Assembly: GCA_018377235.1 (NCBI GenBank)
Contig: JAGZZT010000001.1
Coordinates: 192,474-256,473, forward strand
Origin: Clostridium sp.
GTDB lineage: Bacteria > Bacillota > Clostridia > Lachnospirales > Lachnospiraceae
Length of the DNA: 64,000 nucleotides
Reading direction: 5' to 3'
Every line of letters starts with the position of its first letter. Position 1 is the stretch's first letter. Shown piece by piece: positions 1-9,190 of this stretch. Position numbers and translations under genes: made by a program. The notes beneath the pieces are model-generated. The model saw only the letters and a list, made by a program, of their open reading frames with translations, was not told where the DNA came from and did no database searches.

Positions 1-722
1 ACATTGTGTATGAGGACAAAGACGTCATCTTTATCAATAAACCTGCAGGCATGCTTTCTCAGAAGGCAAAGGACAGTGACGAGTCTCTGGTAGAGTACCT
101 GATTGACTATCTTTTAGACAGCGGGCAGCTTTCTAAGGAAGAGCTGAAAAGCTTCCGTCCTTCTGTCTGCAACCGTCTGGATCGCAACACCAGCGGTCTG
201 GTGGCGGCAGGCAAGAGTCTGCTGGGTCTTCAGGTTCTCTCAAAAGCTATCAAAGAGAGAACCATTGGAAAATATTATCTCTGTATTGTAAGAGGTGTCA
301 TAGACAGTCCCAGACGCATCCAGGGCTGGCTTTTAAAAGACGGGCAGACCAATCAGGTAACCGTGACAAAACAGCCGCAGAAGGGGAGTCTCCCCATTGA
401 GACAGAATACGTTCCCACAGCCTCAAACGGACATTACACTCTTCTGAAGGTTAAGCTGATTACCGGTCGTTCCCATCAGATCAGAGCTCATCTGGCGTCC
501 ATTGGCCACCCCATTATCGGAGATACCAAATATGGAGATCCGAAAGAAAACCTGGCTGCCAGAAAGAAGTACGGCGTTTCCTGCCAGCTGCTTCATGCGG
601 CCTTTCTGGTGCTTCCGGAGGAGCTGCCAGAGGAACTTTGTCATCTGCGCGGCATGGAGCTGTCGGCTCCCCTGCCGAGTGTATTCGCGGCTTTTGCAGA
701 GCAGCTCCAGGGGGAACGGTAG
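1..722 (+). CDS. RluA-family pseudouridine synthase (5'-truncated by window edge)
   Basis: The ORF runs in from the window start. Motifs 'FINKPAGML', 'HRLDRNTSGL' and 'GRSHQIRAHL' are typical of RluA/RsuA-family catalytic domains. Confidence 0.8.
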   Translation, partial: IVYEDKDVIFINKPAGMLSQKAKDSDESLVEYLIDYLLDSGQLSKEELKSFRPSVCNRLDRNTSGLVAAGKSLLGLQVLSKAIKERTIGKYYLCIVRGVIDSPRRIQGWLLKDGQTNQVTVTKQPQKGSLPIETEYVPTASNGHYTLLKVKLITGRSHQIRAHLASIGHPIIGDTKYGDPKENLAARKKYGVSCQLLHAAFLVLPEELPEELCHLRGMELSAPLPSVFAAFAEQLQGER

Positions 723-1259
723 ATGGGAACCTGGAAAACGCGGGGACTGCGCGGCTCTGCGCTGGAGGATTTAATCAACCGTACCAATGACAGTTACCGG
801 GAAAAAGGGCTGGCTTTGATTCAGAAGGTTCCCACTCCCATTACGCCCATTTCCATCGACAAGGAGAGCCGCCACATTACACTGGCCTATTTTGATCAGA
901 AGAGTACTGTTGACTACATAGGCGCGGTGCAGGGAATTCCTGTCTGTTTTGACGCTAAGGAATGTGCGGCGTCTACCTTTCCCCTTCAGAATCTCCACCC
1001 CCACCAGGTAGCCTTTATGAGGGAATTTGAACAGCAGGGAGGAGTTTCCTTTATTCTCGTCTCCTACACAGGCCTGGATGAGATGTATTACATTCCTTTC
1101 CGCCATGTGGAAAAATTCTGGCAGAGAATGGAGGCAGGAGGGCGGAAAAGCTTCACCTACAGTGAGATAGACAAAACCTTCCAGATCAGGGCTTACCGAG
1201 AATTTTTCGTCCACTATTTAGAAGCCATACAAAAAGATCTGGAACTCCGGGAAGATTGA
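723..1259 (+). CDS. recU: Holliday junction resolvase RecU
   Basis: 178 aa. N-terminus 'MGTWKTRGLRGSALEDLINRTNDSYREKGLALIQKVPTPI' is a typical RecU start. The ATG abuts the stop of the upstream ORF. Confidence 0.8.
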   Translation: MGTWKTRGLRGSALEDLINRTNDSYREKGLALIQKVPTPITPISIDKESRHITLAYFDQKSTVDYIGAVQGIPVCFDAKECAASTFPLQNLHPHQVAFMREFEQQGGVSFILVSYTGLDEMYYIPFRHVEKFWQRMEAGGRKSFTYSEIDKTFQIRAYREFFVHYLEAIQKDLELRED

Positions 1260-1337
1260 TATTCTGGAAAATACGTTGAAAACATGATATCATTTATTAT
1301 GAAAGACTTAAATATATAACAGGTACAGGAGGATATT

Positions 1338-2567
1338 ATGAGCAAGGTATTAGAGCGTTTTTTACACTATGTTTCCTTTGACACACAGTCCATGGACGAT
1401 CAGAAAGTGGTTCCCAGTACGGAAAAGCAGCTGGCTTTGGCAAAAGTATTGAAGGAGGAACTGGAAACCATGGGAGCCAGTCAGGTCCGCATGAGCGATC
1501 ACGGCTATGTATATGCCGTGATCCCAGCCACTGCAGAGCATCCAGTTAAATCTTTGGGCTTTGTGGCCCATATGGATACGGCTCCTGCTATGTCCGGCAA
1601 AGATGTAAAACCAAGAATTGTGGAGAGCTATGACGGCAGAGATCTGGTGTTAAATGAAGAAAAACAAATTGTCATGCGGGTGAAGGATTTCCCGGGTATG
1701 CTCGACTGTGTAGGAAAGGATCTCATTGTCACAGACGGAACAACTCTGCTGGGCGCAGATGACAAGGCAGGAGTTGCCGAAATTATGACTATGGCCGAAT
1801 TTTTCCTATCCCATCCGGAGATTCCTCATGGAAAAATCTGCATCGGCTTTACTCCTGACGAGGAAGTGGGAAGAGGCGCTGATTTCTTTGATGTGGAGAA
1901 TTTTGGAGCAGACGTCGCTTACACTGTAGACGGCGGTCCTGTCGGCGAGCTGGAATATGAAAACTTTAACGCTGCTTCCGGAAAGGTAGATATCTGCGGC
2001 AGGGGAGTTCATCCGGGAAGCGCCAAGGGAGCCATGATTAACGCTCTTTTAGTTGGAATGGAATTCCAGTCCATGCTGCCTGCCTTTGAAAATCCCATGT
2101 ACACAGAGGGATACGAGGGCTTTTTCCACTTGGATCAGATGGCCGGAGACGTAGAAAGCGCTCACCTGGAGTATATTATTCGGGATCACGACAGAGAAGC
2201 CTTTGAAAAGAAAAAAGCTCTGTTTGAGGAGGTATCCCGCTATCTGAACGTCAAGTATGGAGAGGGCACTGTTTCTGCTTCAGTGAAGGATTCTTACTAC
2301 AACATGAAGGAGCAGATTGAGCCGGAACACCTGTATCTGATCGACACTGCTGAGAAAGCCATGAAGAGTCTTGATATCGCGCCTTTAGTATCTCCTATCC
2401 GCGGCGGTACAGACGGAGCACGTCTCTCTTACATGGGACTTCCCTGCCCGAATCTCTCTACCGGAGGCTACAACTTCCACGGAAAATATGAGTTTATTCC
2501 TGTTCAGTCCCTGGAGCAGATGGTCGAGGTATTAAAAAACATTGTAACTTTGTTTGAAAAAATGTAA
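1338..2567 (+). CDS. pepT: Peptidase T (tripeptide aminopeptidase, M20 family)
   Basis: 409 aa. '[18 protein letters not shown]...FVAHMDTAP...[12 protein letters not shown]' matches PepT/M20 metal-binding motifs. An RBS 'aggagga' lies upstream. Confidence 0.85.
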   Translation: MSKVLERFLHYVSFDTQSMDDQKVVPSTEKQLALAKVLKEELETMGASQVRMSDHGYVYAVIPATAEHPVKSLGFVAHMDTAPAMSGKDVKPRIVESYDGRDLVLNEEKQIVMRVKDFPGMLDCVGKDLIVTDGTTLLGADDKAGVAEIMTMAEFFLSHPEIPHGKICIGFTPDEEVGRGADFFDVENFGADVAYTVDGGPVGELEYENFNAASGKVDICGRGVHPGSAKGAMINALLVGMEFQSMLPAFENPMYTEGYEGFFHLDQMAGDVESAHLEYIIRDHDREAFEKKKALFEEVSRYLNVKYGEGTVSASVKDSYYNMKEQIEPEHLYLIDTAEKAMKSLDIAPLVSPIRGGTDGARLSYMGLPCPNLSTGGYNFHGKYEFIPVQSLEQMVEVLKNIVTLFEKM

Positions 2568-2582
2568 AAGACTGTGGACTGT

Positions 2583-2624
2583 ATCTCCTGCAGCAGAAAT
2601 TCTGCTGCAGGAGATATTTTTTAC
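2583..2624. terminator. Bidirectional intrinsic terminator between convergent pepT and asnB-like
   Basis: Perfect hairpin 'tatctcctgcagcag-aaattc-tgctgcaggagata' followed by 'tttttta'. On the other strand it is preceded by an A-run. Confidence 0.75.
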
Positions 2625-4462
2625 AGCAGCAGTTCTACCCTGTATTCTCTCATCCAGAAATCTACCTGCAGAAGATACGCCATCAGCTGAGGACCTGCCA
2701 TCAGCTGGCCGTACCAGGGCTTTCCGTAATCGGATGGGGCATTCAGAAATTCTTCTGCCTTTTTCCGGTCAAGAAGGGGCAGAACAGGGGAGGAGGAGTC
2801 ATTTAAAAGCTCTCTCACCTGGCTGGCCAGAAGCATTTCATACTGCCTGTCATAGGTTTTCGGATAAGGGGATTTCTTTCTAAAGAGAACTTCATCCGGC
2901 AGCAGCCCCCGTCCTGTATCCCGAAGGAGTCCCTTAATCACACCATTTCTTGCTTTCATTTCCCAGGGCACATTGTAGAGATACTCTATAATTCTATAAT
3001 CGGCAAAGGGAACCCTGGCTGTCAGATTCCACTCTCCGCTGGTGCGGTTCATTCGATTCAGCAGTGTTTCCATAAACCATTGAAGATTCAGCCAGCTGAT
3101 CTCCCTCCTTCTGGCATCCACTCCAGTTTCCCCTTCCAGCCGGGGCATCTGAGCCAGAGAGGTTTCATATGCGTTCTGCACATAAGTTTCCATGGAAAGC
3201 GCGTCTATAAATTCATCTGAGAGAAACAGCTGTCTCGGAGCCAGGTCGATCGTCCAGGGGAAGGTGTCTGCCTTCATCAGATCCTCCCTGTGAAACCAGG
3301 GATATCCGCCGAAAATTTCGTCAGCGCATTCTCCTGTCAGGGCAGCTTCATAGCTGCTTCCCACCTGGGAGCAGAAATAGAGAAGAGAGGAGTCTACGTC
3401 TGCCATAGCCGGAAGCCCGTGAGCTGTAACAGACGCTTTCAAAAGTTCTGTCTGGAGCTCTGTAGAGCATTCCAGAAAATGATGATCCGTTTCCAGAAAA
3501 GCTGCCATTTTTTCCGCATAGGGACGATCCTGAGAAGGCTGGAATGAATTAGACTGAAAGTTTTTGTCATTATCCCTGAAATCAAAAGAATAAGTAGTAA
3601 GCTGACGATTCTGTTTTTTCAATGTTCTGGCGCAGAGGGCAGATATAAGGGAGGAATCCAGACCGCCTGACAGAAAAGTACAGAAAGCTGTCTCAGGCTT
3701 CATCTGACGGCTTACAGAATCCTCAATCAAAAATTTTGTCTTTTCTACTGTTTCTTCATAGGAGTCTGTATGAGGCTCTGCTTTAAGCTTCCAGTAGGCA
3801 TGCTGCTGGATTCCATCCGGTGAGGCGCAGAGAAAGCAGCCTGGAAGCACCTCTTTTATATTTTTATAGACGCCGCAGCCCGGCGTTCTGGCCGGCCCGA
3901 TGCTGAAAATTTCATTCAGGCTTCTGAGATCTGCCTGAGGCCTGATTCCAGGGCAGGATAAGAGAGCTTTCACTGAGGAAGAAAAGTACAAAAGTCCCTC
4001 TGAACTCACCGTATAAAATAACGGCTGGGTTCCTGCCCGGTCCCGATAGAGCAGCAGCCTGTGCTCCATTGCATCCATTACTGCAGCAGCGAAACAGCCA
4101 TTAACCTTTTTGATAAAATCCGGCCCCCAGGCCAGATAGGCAGTTAAAAGTACGTCTGCTTCATTTTTTGCGGCAGAGTAACCAGAGACAGACAGCTCCT
4201 CTCTAAGCTCTTTATAGTTATAGAGCTCTCCGCTGTATAAAATCCCCATGTCTCCTCTGAGCTGAGACTGGATGAAAAGCCTGTCAGTGCGGATTAGACC
4301 GAACCAACTGTTTACATATTCTTTTTCATCTTTCTGAACTGGCCGGTTCTTCATGCAGGCTGGTTCCTGTGCCTGTTTCATTTTCTTTAAAATGTTCTCA
4401 AAATATTCCTCTTTTTCTGCCAAATTTCCTTCTGTGCTGTAAAAGCCAGCTATTTTATTCAT
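2621..4462 (-). CDS. Asparagine synthetase B-like protein (PP-loop 'SGGLDSS'), lacking the N-terminal Cys nucleophile
   Basis: 613 aa, AsnB-like throughout, with 'SGGLDSS' ATP-pyrophosphatase motif. N-terminus is 'MNKIAGFY' rather than canonical 'MCGIAG'. An in-frame TGA lies 8 codons upstream of the ATG, and a good RBS 'aggagga' sits before this ATG. Confidence 0.75.
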   Translation of the reverse strand: MNKIAGFYSTEGNLAEKEEYFENILKKMKQAQEPACMKNRPVQKDEKEYVNSWFGLIRTDRLFIQSQLRGDMGILYSGELYNYKELREELSVSGYSAAKNEADVLLTAYLAWGPDFIKKVNGCFAAAVMDAMEHRLLLYRDRAGTQPLFYTVSSEGLLYFSSSVKALLSCPGIRPQADLRSLNEIFSIGPARTPGCGVYKNIKEVLPGCFLCASPDGIQQHAYWKLKAEPHTDSYEETVEKTKFLIEDSVSRQMKPETAFCTFLSGGLDSSLISALCARTLKKQNRQLTTYSFDFRDNDKNFQSNSFQPSQDRPYAEKMAAFLETDHHFLECSTELQTELLKASVTAHGLPAMADVDSSLLYFCSQVGSSYEAALTGECADEIFGGYPWFHREDLMKADTFPWTIDLAPRQLFLSDEFIDALSMETYVQNAYETSLAQMPRLEGETGVDARRREISWLNLQWFMETLLNRMNRTSGEWNLTARVPFADYRIIEYLYNVPWEMKARNGVIKGLLRDTGRGLLPDEVLFRKKSPYPKTYDRQYEMLLASQVRELLNDSSSPVLPLLDRKKAEEFLNAPSDYGKPWYGQLMAGPQLMAYLLQVDFWMREYRVELLL

Positions 4463-4504
4463 ATGAAAATTCCTCCTGACACAATATTCATTATTATCAT
4501 CTTC

Positions 4505-5920
4505 CTAGAGCAGAAAACAGGCGGTCAGAAAGGCTGCCAGAAATCCTATGGCTACAGGAAGCAGATTTTTTCTTGCCAAATCTACAGGATTGACCCCACA
4601 GATAGCAGCTACAGGAATAATTCCCCATGGCACAATAGTTCCGCCTCCTACATAGATAGCTGAAATTTGTCCTAAAGCCGCCAAAACGGGGACAGAGGCT
4701 CCTGTGGCCGCTCCAAAAGTCCGGGCCATGGCTCCTGTCAGAGGAAGGCCGGAAAAGCCGGAACCGTCCAGGCCTGTCAGCCCCCCTATCACAATTTGGA
4801 GAAAAGCTGTTATATATGCGTTTAACGGCGCATGGGAAGCCAGCCAGACAGCCCAGTCGTTTAAAATTCCCGTTTGGAAATTTTCACCCAGAATTGATGA
4901 AATCCCGTTTCCTCCCAGAAAAAAGAACGCCCCAATTACAATGACAGGAGCGAAAATCTGTATAGCAAACAGAAACCCGTCCGTCAGGTAAGAAGTGACT
5001 TTTTTCAGGGAATGACGGCCAAAACCCAGTACAGAGCCCAGACACATCAGAGCCACCGCTGTTCCGGAAACAATGCTGGTAGCCTCTCCGCCACTTAAAT
5101 TTCTGGAAATCATAATACATATATCTGTCAAAAAAGCCAGCGGAGTTAAAACAGCCATGATTCTGGCTGATGGTTTCAGAGGCTTTTCATGAACTTCTTT
5201 TTCTGATTCTGCCTCCTGTTTTTTCTGTTTGAAAGCCAAAGTTCTGCCTGCTCCTGCAGCTGCAGAACCCTGCCCGGAAATTTCTCTTTTATTTAAAAGA
5301 AAGGCAGCTGCAGCTGTCGCAATTCCCATAGTTAGAAAAACCGGCCTGGCTTCTCCAAGCAGAAGAGAAGCGGAGATGCCGGCAGCTGATGCAGACACGG
5401 CAGGCGCGCCCTGAATTACCGCATCCCAGCTCAGAGCAAAACCATGGCCAAACAGATTCATGGCCATAGCTGCTAAAAGAGGGGAAAGACCTGTCTTAAA
5501 GGTGAATGGAAGCATGACGGCTCCTATGAGAGCTACTGCCGGAGACGGCCACAAAAACAGAGAGACTAAAAACATGAAAATTCCCAGAGCCCACCAGGCG
5601 GCTGAAGGAGTCTTCACAATTCGCTTTATTGGTTCTGCTAAAAGCCGGTCACTTCCCAGTTCCCCCAGACATTTGGACAGTGCTGTTACTAAAGCTATGG
5701 TCGCGATAATTTCCATAAACTCACGGGCTGCAAAAAGAGCCGCGTTGAATACAGTCTGAATTCCTCCTACTACAGAATGAAGTCCAGCAGATCCTATTAA
5801 AAAAAGGAAAAAAATACATACAAGCGGTGTGTCCAGCCGCATAATCATAACTGCAAGAATAGAAATTACTCCCACTAGATAAAGAATGTGAAGAGGAGTA
5901 ATGGCTGCCGCGTCAGGCAT
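4505..5920 (-). CDS. Polytopic membrane permease of uncertain family (NhaC/GntP/DcuC-like ion-metabolite transporter)
   Basis: 471 aa, about 11-12 hydrophobic segments, Gly/Ala-rich helices. No confident family call from sequence alone. Confidence 0.35.
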   Translation of the reverse strand: MPDAAAITPLHILYLVGVISILAVMIMRLDTPLVCIFFLFLIGSAGLHSVVGGIQTVFNAALFAAREFMEIIATIALVTALSKCLGELGSDRLLAEPIKRIVKTPSAAWWALGIFMFLVSLFLWPSPAVALIGAVMLPFTFKTGLSPLLAAMAMNLFGHGFALSWDAVIQGAPAVSASAAGISASLLLGEARPVFLTMGIATAAAAFLLNKREISGQGSAAAGAGRTLAFKQKKQEAESEKEVHEKPLKPSARIMAVLTPLAFLTDICIMISRNLSGGEATSIVSGTAVALMCLGSVLGFGRHSLKKVTSYLTDGFLFAIQIFAPVIVIGAFFFLGGNGISSILGENFQTGILNDWAVWLASHAPLNAYITAFLQIVIGGLTGLDGSGFSGLPLTGAMARTFGAATGASVPVLAALGQISAIYVGGGTIVPWGIIPVAAICGVNPVDLARKNLLPVAIGFLAAFLTACFLL

Positions 5921-6000
5921 ATATAAGCCTCCTGTCTGTAACGATATATCGTAATGTATGCGTACGGACAGGTTTCCTTGAAAGTTTTTCCACTTTTCAT

Positions 6001-6030
6001 TGCCAATTTTACAGTTTTCGTCTATAATTT
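6001..6030 (+). promoter_or_regulatory. Sigma-A-type promoter upstream of the TPM-like/PspA pair
   Basis: 'ttgcca'-17 nt-'tataat', about 60 nt upstream of the ATG at 6089. Confidence 0.5.
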
Positions 6031-6088
6031 AGACATAGCTTTTATAATATTCTGACTTTAATTTTATCTATATTACGGAGGAAAAAAT

Positions 6089-7243
6089 ATGGGAAGAGGA
6101 GGGGGCCGTTCCGGCGGCGGACATTCAGGAGGACGTTCAGGAGGATTTTCCAGCGGGGGAAGCAGAGGATTTTCCAGCAGACGCTCCTCCAGTAAAGGAA
6201 ACTCCAGAGGCGGAGGGGTTCGTTACTCAGGACACAGTTCAGGAGGAGGGCGCATCGGTGGCTTCTATCCAAACCACAGACGGCCCAGGCCTTCGTCTTC
6301 CCGGCCTCTGTTCGGCGGTATTTTTATTTCTGGCTTTGGAGGGGGCGGAGGATTTTCCAATAAAACTCAGATGCCGCTGTCTTCTCCTGCAGGATCTGCA
6401 GACAATGGTTCCTTCGGCGGCCAGCCCTCCAGTAAGGAATACAGCCAGAACAGCCAGCAGATTTACCAGGAAAATAGCAAAAGAGGCGGAGGGATTCCCG
6501 GCTGGTATATGGTTCTTATGGCTATTATGGTCATTTTCTCCGCTATACTGTTCTGGAATGCAGCGACAGCCAGAGCAGACGCAGCCAGGCAGCCAGTGCG
6601 GGAAAAGCTGCCGGAAAGCGCATGCGTGACTGAGGACCGCTGGATTGACGATTCCATTGACTGGCTGGGAAATGACTCCTCTGTGAGGGATGCCATGAAA
6701 TATTTTCAGGAGAAGACAGGCATTCAGCCCTACCTTCTCATTACAGACAGCCTGGGAGGAAAAGGCGGAGAGATTACAGACGCAGAGGCAGAGGCTTATC
6801 TGGCTGAACTCTACGATTCTCTCTATTCTGATGAGGGCCATATGATCTTTGCCTTTATGGAATACGCGCCGTCTCAGTATATTACTTACCTGTATACCGG
6901 CACAGCAGCTGACAGCGTAATGGACGCTGACGCGAGAAATCTGTTTCTGGACTGTGCGGATCGCTATTACGCTGACAGTTCTCTGTCAGACGCAGAATTC
7001 TTTGAAAAAATTTTTGTAAAGTCTGCAGATTTGATTATGGCTGACACAGCAGGCCATGCAAAAGCGGCGCTTCTCTACGCTGTATGCGGGGCAGCTGCCC
7101 TCATTATCATGGCAGCAGGGCTGATCTGCTTCAAAATACAGGAAAAAAAGGCAGCTGAAGCAAAAACGCTGAAAGAGATTTTAGACACACCTGTCAGCTT
7201 ATCTCCGGAAGAAGAGGAGCTGAAAAACAAATATAAAGAATAA
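6089..7243 (+). CDS. Membrane protein with RGG/SGG-rich disordered N-terminal tail, two TM helices and a TPM-like extracytoplasmic domain (PspA partner)
   Basis: 384 aa. Residues 1-145 are low-complexity G/S/R ('GRGGGRSGGGHSGGRSGGFSSGGSRGFSS...GGGGGFSNK'). TM1 is 'WYMVLMAIMVIFSAILFW'. The central domain ('FQEKTGIQPYLLITDSLGG...GHMIFAFMEYAPSQYITYLYTG...ARNLFLDCADRYY') resembles a TPM (TLP18.3/Psb32/MOLO-1) fold. TM2 is 'ALLYAVCGAAALIIMAAGLICF'. PspA lies immediately downstream. Confidence 0.5.
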   Translation: MGRGGGRSGGGHSGGRSGGFSSGGSRGFSSRRSSSKGNSRGGGVRYSGHSSGGGRIGGFYPNHRRPRPSSSRPLFGGIFISGFGGGGGFSNKTQMPLSSPAGSADNGSFGGQPSSKEYSQNSQQIYQENSKRGGGIPGWYMVLMAIMVIFSAILFWNAATARADAARQPVREKLPESACVTEDRWIDDSIDWLGNDSSVRDAMKYFQEKTGIQPYLLITDSLGGKGGEITDAEAEAYLAELYDSLYSDEGHMIFAFMEYAPSQYITYLYTGTAADSVMDADARNLFLDCADRYYADSSLSDAEFFEKIFVKSADLIMADTAGHAKAALLYAVCGAAALIIMAAGLICFKIQEKKAAEAKTLKEILDTPVSLSPEEEELKNKYKE

Positions 7244-7266
7244 AGCAGTGCAGGAGGAACATACGT

Positions 7267-7947
7267 ATGGCAGGAATTTTCGACAGAATCGGAACTATTG
7301 TAAAGGCAAATATGAATGAATTGATTGACAAATTTGAGGATCCTGAGAAGCTGATTGATCAGACCATTCTGGACGCTGTCCAGGAATATGGAAAGATGAA
7401 GCAGGCTTCCCTGGACGTTCTGGCTAACGAAGCCCTCACAAAAAAACAGTTAGACGAGCTGAAAAAAGAAGCTGAAACATGGCATTCTATTGCAATTAAC
7501 GCTCTGAAGGCCGGAAATGAGGCGGACGCAAAGAAAGCTCTTGAAAAAGAGCAGAGCTATAATCAGAGAGCGGGTTCCCAGGAAGCTGCTTACCTGTCTG
7601 CCAAGCAGGCTGCAGATACAATTCGTGAAAAGCTGCGCCAGATGGAGGATGAAATCAACGATATGAAGCAGAAAGCGGCTCAGATTAAGGCAAAGGCCGT
7701 AACTGCTAAGGTAACAAAAAAAGCCAGCGATCTGTCCTCCAGAGATACAGCTCAAGGCGCTTTTGATGCCTTCGCACGGATGGAGGAAAAGGCAGACCGG
7801 GAACTTGCCAGAGCACAGGCTGAAGAATCTCTTAACAGGAACCACACGGAAGCAGAAGAAGAGGATCTGATGAAAAAATATGCTTCTTCCGAATCTTCTT
7901 CCACTGACCTGGCTCTGGAGAAGCTGAAAGCAGAGCTGGGTCTGTAA
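7267..7947 (+). CDS. pspA: PspA/IM30 family protein (phage-shock protein A / LiaH-like)
   Basis: 226 aa, coiled-coil. 'MAGIFDRIGTIVKANMNELIDKFEDPEKLIDQTILD...' is the canonical PspA/Vipp1 N-terminus. Confidence 0.85.
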   Translation: MAGIFDRIGTIVKANMNELIDKFEDPEKLIDQTILDAVQEYGKMKQASLDVLANEALTKKQLDELKKEAETWHSIAINALKAGNEADAKKALEKEQSYNQRAGSQEAAYLSAKQAADTIREKLRQMEDEINDMKQKAAQIKAKAVTAKVTKKASDLSSRDTAQGAFDAFARMEEKADRELARAQAEESLNRNHTEAEEEDLMKKYASSESSSTDLALEKLKAELGL

Positions 7948-8001
7948 TGCAGCTTTGAAAGAACAACGAAACATCATTCCATTTTCTAAATAAAGGCAAT
8001 G

Positions 8002-8036
8002 AGACCAGTTCAAAAAAGAGCTGGTCTTTTTTATTA
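8002..8036 (+). terminator. Intrinsic terminator after pspA
   Basis: 'agaccag-ttcaaaaaagag-ctggtct' followed by 'tttttatt'. Confidence 0.7.
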
Positions 8037-8221
8037 ATTTTTTTAATTAAATTTCATTAGTTTGACTAATGTTTATTGATTATAAACAAAAAAAATTACA
8101 AAAACTCACAATATTCGACTAACAAAAGGACAACTGTCCTTTTCCTGTTTGTGGTTTCCCTATATAATAAACCTGCAAACAATACATAAATTCCCAATAT
8201 TTCATAAAAAAGAAAAACAGA

Positions 8222-9109
8222 ATGAAAAAAACAAAAATATTAATTGATACAGATTTCGGTGATGACACTGATGATACAGCGGCGTTCCGCCTGGCTCTTA
8301 CCTGCGGCTGTCTGGACATCATGGCAGTTACAACTGTATTTGGAGATACGAAAAAGCGCGCTGAGATGGTATTGGACTTTTTAAGTCTTTACGGGAAAAA
8401 AGATGTCCCTGTAGCGGCCGGGCATGGAAAGGCTCTGATTGAACGAGAGCACAGTGCTGGGGCAGATCCCATCCAGTACCCCATTATGAAAAACAGCCCG
8501 AAGGCTCCGGCTGATATCCTGGCAGAAGATTTAATCCTTCAATATGTCAGAGAAAATCCCGATCTTGTCATTTTGGCAATGGGAGCCATGACAAACATCG
8601 CCATGGCCTTTCTCAGGGAACCCGGGCTGATGCGCCATGTAAAAATCCTCGCCATGGGAGGCGCTTTTTTCGACGCAAAGCCTGAGTGGAACATTGCCTG
8701 CGATCCGGAAGCAGCCAGGCTTGTGATGGAGCAGTCTGAACATCTGATTCTGATGGGACTGGATGTGACAAAATACCTGAAAATAAGTCCGGATATGCTT
8801 GACAGCTGGAGAAGGCGAAAAGATCCGGTTATGAATTACTTTCTGGAGGGAGTTTCCCTGTTCCAGAAGGCTACCGGCTTTCCTGTCACCTTTCACGATG
8901 TGCTTTTAATCGCCTATCTGCTGGATCCGGAGGTAGTTTCCCTGCAGAGAGGCAATTATACGGTTGAGTTAAGCGGTTCCCTGACCCGGGGAACTCTGGT
9001 AAATCTCTCCAATTATTATGAAATTGACGCTCCAGAGGAAGGCCGCCTTTTATTTGCCGGCCATGTGGACACAAAACGATTCTTTCAGATTTTAAAACAG
9101 TATTTTTAA
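8222..9109 (+). CDS. Nucleoside hydrolase (inosine/uridine-preferring family)
   Basis: 295 aa. N-terminal Asp cluster 'ILIDTDFGDDTDD' is the IU-nucleoside hydrolase Ca2+-binding signature. Confidence 0.85.
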   Translation: MKKTKILIDTDFGDDTDDTAAFRLALTCGCLDIMAVTTVFGDTKKRAEMVLDFLSLYGKKDVPVAAGHGKALIEREHSAGADPIQYPIMKNSPKAPADILAEDLILQYVRENPDLVILAMGAMTNIAMAFLREPGLMRHVKILAMGGAFFDAKPEWNIACDPEAARLVMEQSEHLILMGLDVTKYLKISPDMLDSWRRRKDPVMNYFLEGVSLFQKATGFPVTFHDVLLIAYLLDPEVVSLQRGNYTVELSGSLTRGTLVNLSNYYEIDAPEEGRLLFAGHVDTKRFFQILKQYF

Positions 9110-9190
9110 CTTCACTTATTTTATGATTTATTTTAATCAAAAGCCAGAGCGCTTTCGATAGAGAAAACGATTATGAGGAGGACAATCACT

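Noticed and set aside
6239-6841. 200-aa minus-strand ORF (and 123-aa and 77-aa ORFs) overlapping the RGG/TPM-like gene
   Set aside because: Lies antisense within a strongly supported coding region. Its composition is driven by the GC-rich Gly/Ser codons of the sense strand. Shadow ORF.
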